Part shown: positions 23,462 through 31,046 of the stretch, one piece after another | Position numbering within the stretch: position 1 is the stretch's first letter | Layout: each line of letters begins with the position of its first letter | Source of the DNA: Pirellula staleyi DSM 6068 | GTDB lineage: Bacteria; Planctomycetota; Planctomycetia; Pirellulales; Pirellulaceae | Assembly: GCA_000025185.1 (NCBI GenBank) | Contig: CP001848.1 | Location: 3,300,001 to 3,332,000 of the forward strand | Direction: 5' to 3' | Length of the DNA stretch: 32,000 bases | The notes under the pieces: generated by a model | What the model saw: only the letters and a program-made list of their open reading frames with translations | The model's database searches: none | Told to the model about the DNA's origin: nothing | Translations under genes and position numbers: made by a program

Positions 23462-23738
23462 GACTAGTTCTACAGGCTAAATGCTTCAGGCTATGTTCTT
23501 CAAACGTCGACTTGGAAACGACTTACGGCCGAATCGGTCGAACTGTCGCGGCCCAGCTACTGGAGCGAGGCAAATGGCGAAACCAAAAAGTGTACCAAAT
23601 CCAGGGACGACTACGCCAGATGCCTCAGCGAACTCTTGGAAGAATTCGCCAAGTTTGCGTGTCGAATCGCTTTAGCAGCGGCAGATCACTCGGCTGGCGA
23701 ACCAGTGGTGAGTGATGGTGCTGCAAAAGAGGGGGAAA

Positions 23739-24170
23739 TTAACCCTCGACGATAATCCCCATGCTGCGGGCAGTTCCTTCGACCATCCGCTTGGCAGCAG
23801 GAATGTCGCTGGAGTTGAGCACGTCCATCTTCTTCTTGCAGATCTCTTCAACTTGCGCCGAAGTGACCTTGCCCACTTTGTCCTTGTTCGGCACGCCCGA
23901 GCCCTTAGCAATGCCGGCAGCAATCTTGAGGAGTGCCGAGGCAGGTGGGCTCTTGGTGATGAACTCGAACGTACGGTCGCTGTAGACCGAAACGACGACA
24001 GGGATTGGGATACCGTTGTATTCACGGGTCCGTTCGTTGAACTGCGACACAAACTGGCCGAGGTTCACACCGAACTTACCGAGCGACGTACCCACTGGCG
24101 GAGCAGGGGTGGCCGAACCACCAGGAACTTGAAATTTGGCCTGACCGACCAATTGCCTTTGCTTAGCCAT
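23739..24170 (-). CDS. rplK: 50S ribosomal protein L11
   Basis: 143 aa. L11 motifs are QVPGGSATPAPPVG, LGQFGVN-like and ITKSPPAS.LLK. Confidence 0.96.
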   Translation of the reverse strand: MAKQRQLVGQAKFQVPGGSATPAPPVGTSLGKFGVNLGQFVSQFNERTREYNGIPIPVVVSVYSDRTFEFITKSPPASALLKIAAGIAKGSGVPNKDKVGKVTSAQVEEICKKKMDVLNSSDIPAAKRMVEGTARSMGIIVEG

Positions 24171-24259
24171 GGAACCGTCACCTTCTCATTACCAAAAAAT
24201 ATCGATTTCGGCGTTCTGTCCCGGAGTAATGCGACCTTCGCATCGAACTCACTCGGAAG

Positions 24260-25063
24260 TTACACCGCTTCAATCTGCCAATGTTCGAGTTCGACCGGTG
24301 TGCTCCGACCGAAAATATTGATCATCACCGTCACGCGACCATTTGCCTGGTCGATGCCGTCGATGTCACCTTCAAAGTTTTGGAAGTAGCCTTCCTTCAC
24401 TCGCACGCGATCACCCACCTTGAATGGAATTGCGGTGCGAACCTGATTGGTATCTTCTTCGAGCATTTTGCTCGAGCGAAGAATCCGTTCGACATCTTTG
24501 GGATCCATTGGCGTGGGCTTGCCCATCGCGCCAGTGAAATCACCGATGCCCGAAGTTTCGCGGACAATGAACCACGTTTCGTCGTTGAAGACCATGTTCA
24601 CCAGGATGTAGCCTGGGTAGATCTTCTTTTTGACGACGCGGCGTTTTCCGGTCTTCGTAAATTCGGCCACATCTTCGGTCGGCACCACCACATCTTTAAA
24701 GAACCGCTCGAGGCCGTTCATGTTGATGCGACGGAGTAGCGACGCTTTGATCGAGTCTTCGCGGTTGACCTGCACTTTGAGGATGTACCACTCAAATTTC
24801 AGGTCTTTATCGGCGAGCGATTCATCGATGAACTCGAGCGGCTCCGCATGAATGTAGGGAGCATCAGCCTCGTCGTCATCGGTCTCTGCGTCAGCCGAGT
24901 CGTCGGTTTGTGCGCTATCGGGAACGTAATCCGTGGGAGTTGGACCGACAGCATCAGCCTCGTCGTTAGGCAGGGCGCTGGAGTGCGCAGTGGCCGACTC
25001 TGCTCCAGTTTGCTGGAGGTTTTCGTCGGGCGATGCACCTTGCGAGCTATCCGGCTCCACCAT
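24260..25063 (-). CDS. nusG: Transcription termination/antitermination factor NusG with an ~88-aa acidic N-terminal extension
   Basis: This is ORF 24260..25099 (GTG) trimmed to ATG 25061-25063, which has AAGAGG upstream; the start choice is uncertain. The NGN domain begins at KFEWYILKVQVNRE. The KOW domain is FKVGDRVRVKEGYFQNFEGDI. Confidence 0.92.
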   Translation of the reverse strand: MVEPDSSQGASPDENLQQTGAESATAHSSALPNDEADAVGPTPTDYVPDSAQTDDSADAETDDDEADAPYIHAEPLEFIDESLADKDLKFEWYILKVQVNREDSIKASLLRRINMNGLERFFKDVVVPTEDVAEFTKTGKRRVVKKKIYPGYILVNMVFNDETWFIVRETSGIGDFTGAMGKPTPMDPKDVERILRSSKMLEEDTNQVRTAIPFKVGDRVRVKEGYFQNFEGDIDGIDQANGRVTVMINIFGRSTPVELEHWQIEAV

Positions 25064-25153
25064 CGGAAAAACGCCTCTTTCGGTCTTAACCGCAAACACC
25101 CCAGCCAGACAGGAGTCTCGCTGAGGAGTCGAATGTTCGTAATGTGTCGGCTG

Positions 25154-25624
25154 TTACTTCACAACCTGCAGCACGTATTTCAGCAGTGCTTGCCAGATTG
25201 AGTCGTAAGCAAATAGCACGATCGTTAGTCCAAAAATCACGATGATCACCACGGTCGAGCTCCGTACGAGCTCAGTGCGCGATGGCCACGAAACTTTGTT
25301 CATTTCCGCTTCAACGGCGATGAGGAAGTCGGCGAAGGTGGGGAGATTGACAAGGCGATAGCCAAGCCAAAGTCCTGCTGCCAGAATCACGCCAGGTATG
25401 GCGTACTTCAGGGGAGCGTTCATCCAACCAGATTCCATCAACCGCCAAGCGCCGAGGGCAAACGTGAGCCAAATCGCTAGGCAGGTTAGCTGCCGAGTGA
25501 TTCGCCCTTGGCTCTTTTTGTAAATTCCGACTTGCACCAGCTCGCGGAGGATCAGTTGGACACCGCCGGGAGCAGCTGCTTTTTCCTTCAACATGTGTTC
25601 TGCCCGTGCTCCTTGCGACCCCAT
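25154..25624 (-). CDS. secE: Preprotein translocase subunit SecE (three-TM form)
   Basis: It lies immediately upstream of nusG and downstream of tRNA-Trp. It has three hydrophobic helices. The C-terminal conserved part is EMNKVSWPSRTELVRSSTVVIIVIF. Confidence 0.85.
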   Translation of the reverse strand: MGSQGARAEHMLKEKAAAPGGVQLILRELVQVGIYKKSQGRITRQLTCLAIWLTFALGAWRLMESGWMNAPLKYAIPGVILAAGLWLGYRLVNLPTFADFLIAVEAEMNKVSWPSRTELVRSSTVVIIVIFGLTIVLFAYDSIWQALLKYVLQVVK

Positions 25625-25775
25625 AGCACACCTACCCTGATATGCGCCGGAAAAACCGACTTGAGGACGCTCGACTGTAAATCACCGCCTCGATCGCGAC
25701 CTGATCAACAACAGCTTGCTCAGGGTTTAGCTGAGCGAGCACTAACCGAACTCATACCGATTGAACCGAACCGAG

Positions 25776-25848
25776 CACGGGCGGAGGGAATCGAACCCCC
25801 AACCTGCCGCTTTGGAGACGGCTGCTCTGCCAATTGAGCTACACCCGT
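25776..25848 (-). tRNA. tRNA-Trp (anticodon CCA)
   Basis: Hand-folded 73-nt cloverleaf: acceptor ACGGGTG/CGCCCGT, D arm GCTC-AATTGGCA-GAGC, anticodon loop CTCCAAA, T arm GGGGG-TTCGATT-CCCTC. No encoded CCA. Confidence 0.92.
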
Positions 25849-25970
25849 GTAGACCGGCGAAATGTCTGCGAGCTTTGCAGCTGCATCCAGTCCGTGTCGG
25901 TCGCAGGCTTCCGCCCGCTACCAACCCGACCGATATAGGTCGAGCCTACATCGGCGTTACCCAAGTCGTA

Positions 25971-26010
25971 AAGGGCGCGAGCCACGCTCGGCGCCCTTCC
26001 TTTGTTTTTT
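25971..26010 (+). terminator. Intrinsic-terminator-like hairpin plus T-run, oriented for the plus strand (antisense to the tuf-tRNA-Trp transcript)
   Basis: The stem AAGGGCGC(GAGC)-cac-(GCTCg)GCGCCCTT spans 25971-25998 and is followed on the plus strand by CCTTTGTTTTTTAT. On the minus strand the hairpin is preceded by an A-run and is not followed by a U-run. Confidence 0.4.
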
Positions 26011-26086
26011 ATCTTAGGGCCACCTGCCCTGCGGCGGGTGGCTGGAACTTCCTAGGCGATCCGAAGATCGATCTAGAGCAAGTTTC

Positions 26087-27283
26087 CTATTCGACGATCT
26101 TCGTCACAACGCCCGAACCGACGGTCTTGCCACCTTCGCGGATAGCGAAGCGAACACCGTTGTCCATAGCGATTGGCTTGTGCAGTTCGACGGTAACGCG
26201 AACGTTATCGCCAGGCATGCACATTTCGGCGCCAATCAGATTGGCGGTTCCAGTCACGTCGGTCGTGCGGAAGTAGAACTGAGGACGGTAGCCACTGAAG
26301 AATGGGGTGTGACGACCACCTTCTTCTTTCGAGAGGCAGTAGACTTCAGCTTCAAACTTCATGTGGGGGGTGATCGAGCCAGCCTTGGCGAGCACTTGAC
26401 CACGTTCGATATCTTCGCGCTTCATACCACGGAGAAGGCAGCCGACGTTGTCGCCAGCGCGGCCTTCATCGAGCATTTTGCGGAACATTTCGATACCGGT
26501 GACGATCGTCTTCTGAGGTTCTTTGCTCAGACCGATAACGGCGATTTCGTCGCCAACCTTCACCACGCCACGTTCGATACGACCGGTAGCGACAGTACCG
26601 CGACCTTCGATCGAGAACACGTCTTCGACAGCCATGAGGAATGGCTTGTCTTCTTCGCGCTTTGGCTGTGGGATGTAGCTGTCGACGGCGTCGAGCAGGT
26701 CGCTGATGCACTTCGAAGCGACTGGATCCGATGGGTTCTGGTAGGCTGGGAGAGCCGAACCACGAACGATTGGAATTTCGTCGCCGGGGAAGCCGTACTT
26801 GCTGAGGAGTTCGCGGATTTCGATTTCCACGAGGTCGAGCAATTCAGGATCGTCGACAAGGTCGATCTTGTTGAGGAACACAACGATCGCAGGCACGTCC
26901 ACCTGACGAGCGAGAAGCACGTGTTCCTTGGTTTGTGGCATCGGGCCGTCAGCAGCCGACACGACCAGGATCGCGCCGTCCATCTGGGCGGCACCGGTGA
27001 TCATGTTCTTAATAAAGTCGGCGTGGCCGGGGCAGTCGATGTGAGCGTAGTGGCGATTGACGGTCTCGTATTCCACGTGGGCTACAGCGATGGTCACGGT
27101 CTTCGATGCGTCGCGAACGGTACCACCCTTGGCGATATCCGAATACGACTTGAACTGGGCGAGGCCCTTGGCGGCTTGTACCGACAGGAGAGCACCGGTC
27201 GTGGTGGTCTTTCCGTGATCGATGTGGCCGATCGTTCCGACGTTACAGTGCGGCTTGGTCCGCACAAAAGTATCCTTGGCCAT
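26087..27283 (-). CDS. tuf: Elongation factor Tu
   Basis: 398 aa with canonical EF-Tu sequence ([29 protein letters not shown]). Confidence 0.98.
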   Translation of the reverse strand: MAKDTFVRTKPHCNVGTIGHIDHGKTTTTGALLSVQAAKGLAQFKSYSDIAKGGTVRDASKTVTIAVAHVEYETVNRHYAHIDCPGHADFIKNMITGAAQMDGAILVVSAADGPMPQTKEHVLLARQVDVPAIVVFLNKIDLVDDPELLDLVEIEIRELLSKYGFPGDEIPIVRGSALPAYQNPSDPVASKCISDLLDAVDSYIPQPKREEDKPFLMAVEDVFSIEGRGTVATGRIERGVVKVGDEIAVIGLSKEPQKTIVTGIEMFRKMLDEGRAGDNVGCLLRGMKREDIERGQVLAKAGSITPHMKFEAEVYCLSKEEGGRHTPFFSGYRPQFYFRTTDVTGTANLIGAEMCMPGDNVRVTVELHKPIAMDNGVRFAIREGGKTVGSGVVTKIVE

Positions 27284-27376
27284 TGCTTTCTAACCCTGCA
27301 TTTTCAGTGTGAATCGATGCGACAACTAGCTCAATAACTGCACCACGACAGGAGCGCACAGTCTCCCATCTGTAGG

Positions 27377-27449
27377 AGCTGCCGATGGGAATTGAACCCA
27401 CGACCTCGTCCTTACCAAGGACGTGCTCTACCAACTGAGCTACAGCAGC
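27377..27449 (-). tRNA. tRNA-Thr (anticodon GGU)
   Basis: 73-nt cloverleaf: acceptor GCTGCTG/CGGCAGC, anticodon arm CGTCC-TTGGTAA-GGACG, T loop TTCAATT. Confidence 0.93.
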
Positions 27450-27495
27450 CAATCCGTGAAACCGACTATGGTGCAATCCATCGAACGCAAACCAG

Positions 27496-27566
27496 AGCGG
27501 GTGAAGGGAATCGAACCCTCGTAGCCTGCTTGGAAGGCAGGAGCTCTACCATTGAGCTACACCCGC
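27496..27566 (-). tRNA. tRNA-Gly (anticodon UCC)
   Basis: 71-nt cloverleaf: acceptor GCGGGTG/CACCCGC, anticodon arm CCTGC-CTTCCAA-GCAGG, T loop TTCGATT. Confidence 0.93.
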
Positions 27567-27758
27567 AATCAATCGCAAACTCGCCAGCCGATGGTAGTTG
27601 CCCCAAAAGGAACTGCCACAGCCGCTGCTCTGCCAACCAGAGCACCCACGAACAAAACTAACAAGCCAAAAACTCTGTCACCCGAAAACTTGTCGACCCT
27701 TCGACTTGAGCTATCTGTCTAGCAGAAGCCAAGCCAACCGGACGCCAAGTGAACTGAG

Positions 27759-27842
27759 TGGGAAGTGTAGGATTCGAACCTACGAAGAGACTAGCTCAAC
27801 AGATTTACAGTCTGCGCCCTTTAGCCACTTGGATAACTTCCC
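27759..27842 (-). tRNA. tRNA-Tyr (anticodon GUA), long variable arm
   Basis: 84 nt: acceptor GGGAAGT/ACTTCCC, anticodon arm GCAGA-CTGTAAA-TCTGT, variable arm TGAGCTAGTCTCTTC, T arm GTAGG-TTCGAAT-CCTAC. Confidence 0.92.
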
Positions 27843-28058
27843 GACATTTGCTTGTGAAATGCCAGCTCGCGAGCGAACTGCGTTTCACAAGACTTCCGAC
27901 AATTTCTCAACCCAGAAACACTGCTCCACCGCAAGTCTGCCTGGAGGAGTGATCACTCGAACGAGCCGACCACCGTTCATCGCTGGAGCGTTCGCAACGT
28001 GTTGCCAAGTCGCGAAATCAGGTTAGTCGACGTACTTCGCTGGACGTCTTCAAATAAG

Positions 28059-28131
28059 AGCCAGCGAAGGGACTCGAACCCTTAACCTGCGGTTTACAAA
28101 ACCGCTGCTCTGCCAGTTGAGCTACGCTGGC
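28059..28131 (-). tRNA. tRNA-Thr (anticodon UGU)
   Basis: 73-nt cloverleaf: acceptor GCCAGCG/CGCTGGC, anticodon arm GCGGT-TTTGTAA-ACCGC, T loop TTCGAGT. Confidence 0.93.
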
Positions 28132-28169
28132 CTCCCGGCGATGCTTTAGTGCTGAGTTGAAAACCAGTT

Positions 28170-28197
28170 AATATAGCGACGACCTGCTCTTCCGCAA
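28170..28197 (-). promoter_or_regulatory. Candidate sigma-70-type promoter for the tRNA-tuf cluster
   Basis: The minus strand reads TTGCGG (28192-28197), a 16-nt spacer, then TATATT (28170-28175). It ends ~38 nt upstream of the tRNA-Thr(UGU) 5' end. This is a motif match only. Confidence 0.3.
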
Positions 28198-28524
28198 TAT
28201 GACCTGCGAATTTTCCCTGCTTGAATTTCAAGGGGAGAGCCTACCATCGTTAACTTCCTGCTGTTCACACACTTCAAGCCTTCGCAGCATAGCAGCACAC
28301 CGCTATCACCTACAGGGGGCGGTTCGCGGGTCGGCAACTTTGCTGGAAGGTTGCAAGTGATATCTGGGTAATGCTTTACGGTCGATCTTGCGTATCTTTA
28401 CACCAGCTTCTCAGCTTACTTCGGCGAATTTTGTCCTTTAGTAACAGAGAAAACCAGTCGAAAGAAGGCTCGCGCAATTCTGAGGGCTGCGCTGCAGCTT
28501 TTTACGACTAGTGGTCGCTGCTAG

Positions 28525-28560
28525 CAAAAATAAGCCCCAAGCGGTTGAAGGCTTGGGGCT
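28525..28560 (-). terminator. Rho-independent terminator of the sigma factor gene
   Basis: The minus-strand RNA reads AGCCCCAAGC-CUUCAACC-GCUUGGGGCU followed by UAUUUUUG. The 10-bp stem is perfect. It lies ~100 nt after the stop at 28662. Confidence 0.7.
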
Positions 28561-28661
28561 CGGGAGAGACTGTTTTTCAGGAGCTTGGTATCAGTCGGTC
28601 AGGCTTGGTGAAAGTCGCTGTTTGGGCAGCAGCGACCTGCTTACCTGTCGAGGAGTGTCGA

Positions 28662-30332
28662 TTATTCGTCAGGAATCTCGATGTGCTCGAGCACCGCTGC
28701 TTCTCGCAGCTTGTTGAGGGCGCGAGCTTCGATTTGGCGAACGCGTTCTTTCGTCACGCCCAGTTCATGTCCCACTTCCTTGAGCGTCAGTGGCTCGTGG
28801 CTGTGGTCGAGGCCGAATCGGCTAATGATGATCTTCTGTTCGCGTTCGTCGAGTTTCTCGAGGATCTTCTCCACCTGCAGCTGCCGCTGCTGCTGCACAT
28901 GCTCGAGCCCCAGCTGATCGCTGCGGTTGTCTTGCTTGGCGACAAACAGCTCGTCTTGGCTCGTGCGGAAACGATCGCGATGCTTGAACTCTTCCGGAAT
29001 CGTCCGGGCAAAGTTCTTCATGATCGCCCAGCTGGCGTAGGTGCTAAATTTATTGCCGCGGCTGAAGTCGAATTTTTCGGCTGCACGAATCAGCGACATA
29101 TTGCCGTCGCTCACCAGACCGAAGAAGTCTTCGCTTCCATTGACGTGCCGCTTGGCAATCGAAACCACCAGACGCAAGTTCGCCTGCACGATGCTGTTTT
29201 TCACAGCCACTGCTTCTTCGTACAGATGCTCGATCTCATCCATCACGCTGGTGCGTGCCGAGGCTGGGTCGAGCTTGTCGCGAAGGGCGGTAGCTTTGAA
29301 CTTCAGGTAGTTGAACTTGCGGAACAGGTGATACTCTTGCTCGCGCATCAGCAGCGGAACTTCGTAAAGCGCCGCCAGGTAAGGAGGGAGTCCACTCGGA
29401 GTTCGCACCTTCTTGGCAGGTGCGTCTGAGGTTGGCATCGGCCCCAGAATTTCCTTCTCGATCCCCGGCTGTTTAAACGATTCGTGCATCATGAAATCGA
29501 GTGGCAACTCGAAAATTCGACGAGCACGCATTTCGTTATAAACGCGATAGACCGTGGTTCGCGTACGGCAATAGCGACGTGCCAGCACATCGACCGATTC
29601 GCCGCGTCGAAATTGCTGGTAAATCCGCTGTTTAATATCGTCGGTGAGTGTTCCCGTTTGCTGTGGGAACACTGCTTGTTCGGGGTTCTGCTGGTCGAAC
29701 TGTTTGAGGGTATATCGCACCGTTTCGACGCTACGATTCACATGGCGAGCAACGCGACGGGCAACTTCCGAGGGGCATCCGCCAGCTTGCACCAAGCGGC
29801 GAGCGCGCTCCACAATTTCCACCTTCTCGTCGTCGGTGAGCTGGCTGAATTTTTCGCCACGGCGGACACGTTCTTCGTTCTGATTCACGAAGCGTTCGAC
29901 ACTGCTGCGAAGAAAACCAACACGCTTGCGGCGACCATCGAAAACGAAGCGGCGACTCACCAGTCCCTGTTCACGCCAGCGAGCAATCGTTTTGCTCGAA
30001 ACGTTGAACATCTTGGTCAGATCTTCCACCGTGTGCACTGGTTCCCCAGCATCTTCCACGTGAATATTGGCGGAGTCCGACATGTCTTCGACGAACAGCC
30101 GAAGGTCGTGGATCGCAGCCTGTCCCGACATGGTTGCTGCAGGAGCAGCTTCGGGGCGATAGTCCGTAATACGGAAGCAGAGATATTCGTAGCTGTAGCT
30201 ACGTGACTTGTCGAGTTCTTGGAGCAGACGTTCAGCTCGGCTGATCTGTTCCAGCTTTTTGTCGCGAGGAGCAAAACGGACCTGCTGGTCGCGCAGCTCT
30301 TCGATTGTCGAATTGAGATAGCCACTATTCAT
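28662..30332 (-). CDS. Sigma-70 family RNA polymerase sigma factor (regions 1.2-like, 2, 3, 4) with a ~315-aa N-terminal extension carrying three HTH-like segments
   Basis: This is ORF 28662..30401 trimmed to ATG 30330-30332, which has GAGGAG upstream. Region 2 is NLRLVVSIAKRH...DGNMSLIRAAEKFDFSRGNKFSTYASWAI. Region 4 is LDEREQKIIISRFGL...TLKEVGHELGVTKERVRQIEARALNKLR. Confidence 0.9.
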   Translation of the reverse strand: MNSGYLNSTIEELRDQQVRFAPRDKKLEQISRAERLLQELDKSRSYSYEYLCFRITDYRPEAAPAATMSGQAAIHDLRLFVEDMSDSANIHVEDAGEPVHTVEDLTKMFNVSSKTIARWREQGLVSRRFVFDGRRKRVGFLRSSVERFVNQNEERVRRGEKFSQLTDDEKVEIVERARRLVQAGGCPSEVARRVARHVNRSVETVRYTLKQFDQQNPEQAVFPQQTGTLTDDIKQRIYQQFRRGESVDVLARRYCRTRTTVYRVYNEMRARRIFELPLDFMMHESFKQPGIEKEILGPMPTSDAPAKKVRTPSGLPPYLAALYEVPLLMREQEYHLFRKFNYLKFKATALRDKLDPASARTSVMDEIEHLYEEAVAVKNSIVQANLRLVVSIAKRHVNGSEDFFGLVSDGNMSLIRAAEKFDFSRGNKFSTYASWAIMKNFARTIPEEFKHRDRFRTSQDELFVAKQDNRSDQLGLEHVQQQRQLQVEKILEKLDEREQKIIISRFGLDHSHEPLTLKEVGHELGVTKERVRQIEARALNKLREAAVLEHIEIPDE

Positions 30333-30984
30333 GGTTGCATCTCCTCTTGGTGCACTCGCCTGACAACGTGCCTGAAAGCCGCTTTCCTCGCGACCTCCCA
30401 AACACCACCGTCAGAAACCATCCCTGTTAGCGGCCTTTCGATCGACTCAGGTCGACGAGCAACATCGGTGCTGCCATGGGGCGGACACCAAAATCACCTG
30501 AAAGGCTCACCAGCGATGCGTGCTGTGTGTCGATTGCGACCTCAGCATGCACCACTCGACCAGTCCTACGGTCGAAGTCTGACATTAGTTCTCCAAATCG
30601 CTTCCCCCACTCGGGGAGAAACCCTTCGGATGCTAACGATCTCATCCAAGTGCATTGGGCGTGCCCAAACCAGTCGTAGCGACAATTCCAATTGTACCGG
30701 GCCACTTTCCGCCTGTCGCATCAATCTTTCAGAATCTTGGCCCGCTCGCCTGAGCCACCCATTCGTCCTGACAAATCTATTCTACTATATTTTTTATGGC
30801 CATTGCTAAGGTGTTGTCATAAAATAGGTTGCGCCGCAAGATTGAGTGGGAAAAACGATCGCCTGGCCCGCCTAGTATCGCCTGCTTGCGCTCTCTCGCT
30901 AGCTTCCCGGGGCGCACTGGCGGAATAATCGGCAAAATCTGAACTCTGGCTCCCCGCTGGTCGATCTTCTTCTGAGAGGACGAT

Positions 30985-31031
30985 CCGTCTCAGTTTTTGT
31001 CTTGATTTGAGACGACCGTCTCATCTTGATT
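30985..31031. repeat. Operator-like direct and inverted repeats (CCGTCTCA / TGAGACG / TCTTGATT) just upstream of the 31047 start codon
   Basis: CCGTCTCA occurs at 30985-30992 and 31016-31023. Its inverted copy TGAGACG is at 31008-31014. TCTTGATT occurs at 31000-31007 and 31024-31031. Confidence 0.5.
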
Positions 31032-31046
31032 CGGGAGAATATCGCG

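Noticed and set aside
25849-26086. Expected rpmG (L33) gene between tuf and tRNA-Trp
   Set aside because: I translated the minus strand of the 238-nt spacer. The only ATG-initiated frames stop immediately or read through into the tRNA, and none resembles L33.
28146-28337. 63-aa minus-strand ORF just upstream of tRNA-Thr(UGU)
   Set aside because: It overlaps the putative tRNA-operon promoter, has no SD and has odd composition. It is probably non-coding.
30427-30705. 92-aa minus-strand ORF in the region upstream of the sigma gene
   Set aside because: It has a GTG start without an SD. It is rich in codons rare in the confident genes here (aga, tta, cta, agg, gga), has a W/C-rich odd N-terminus and matches no family. 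It is more likely part of a long 5' UTR or promoter region.
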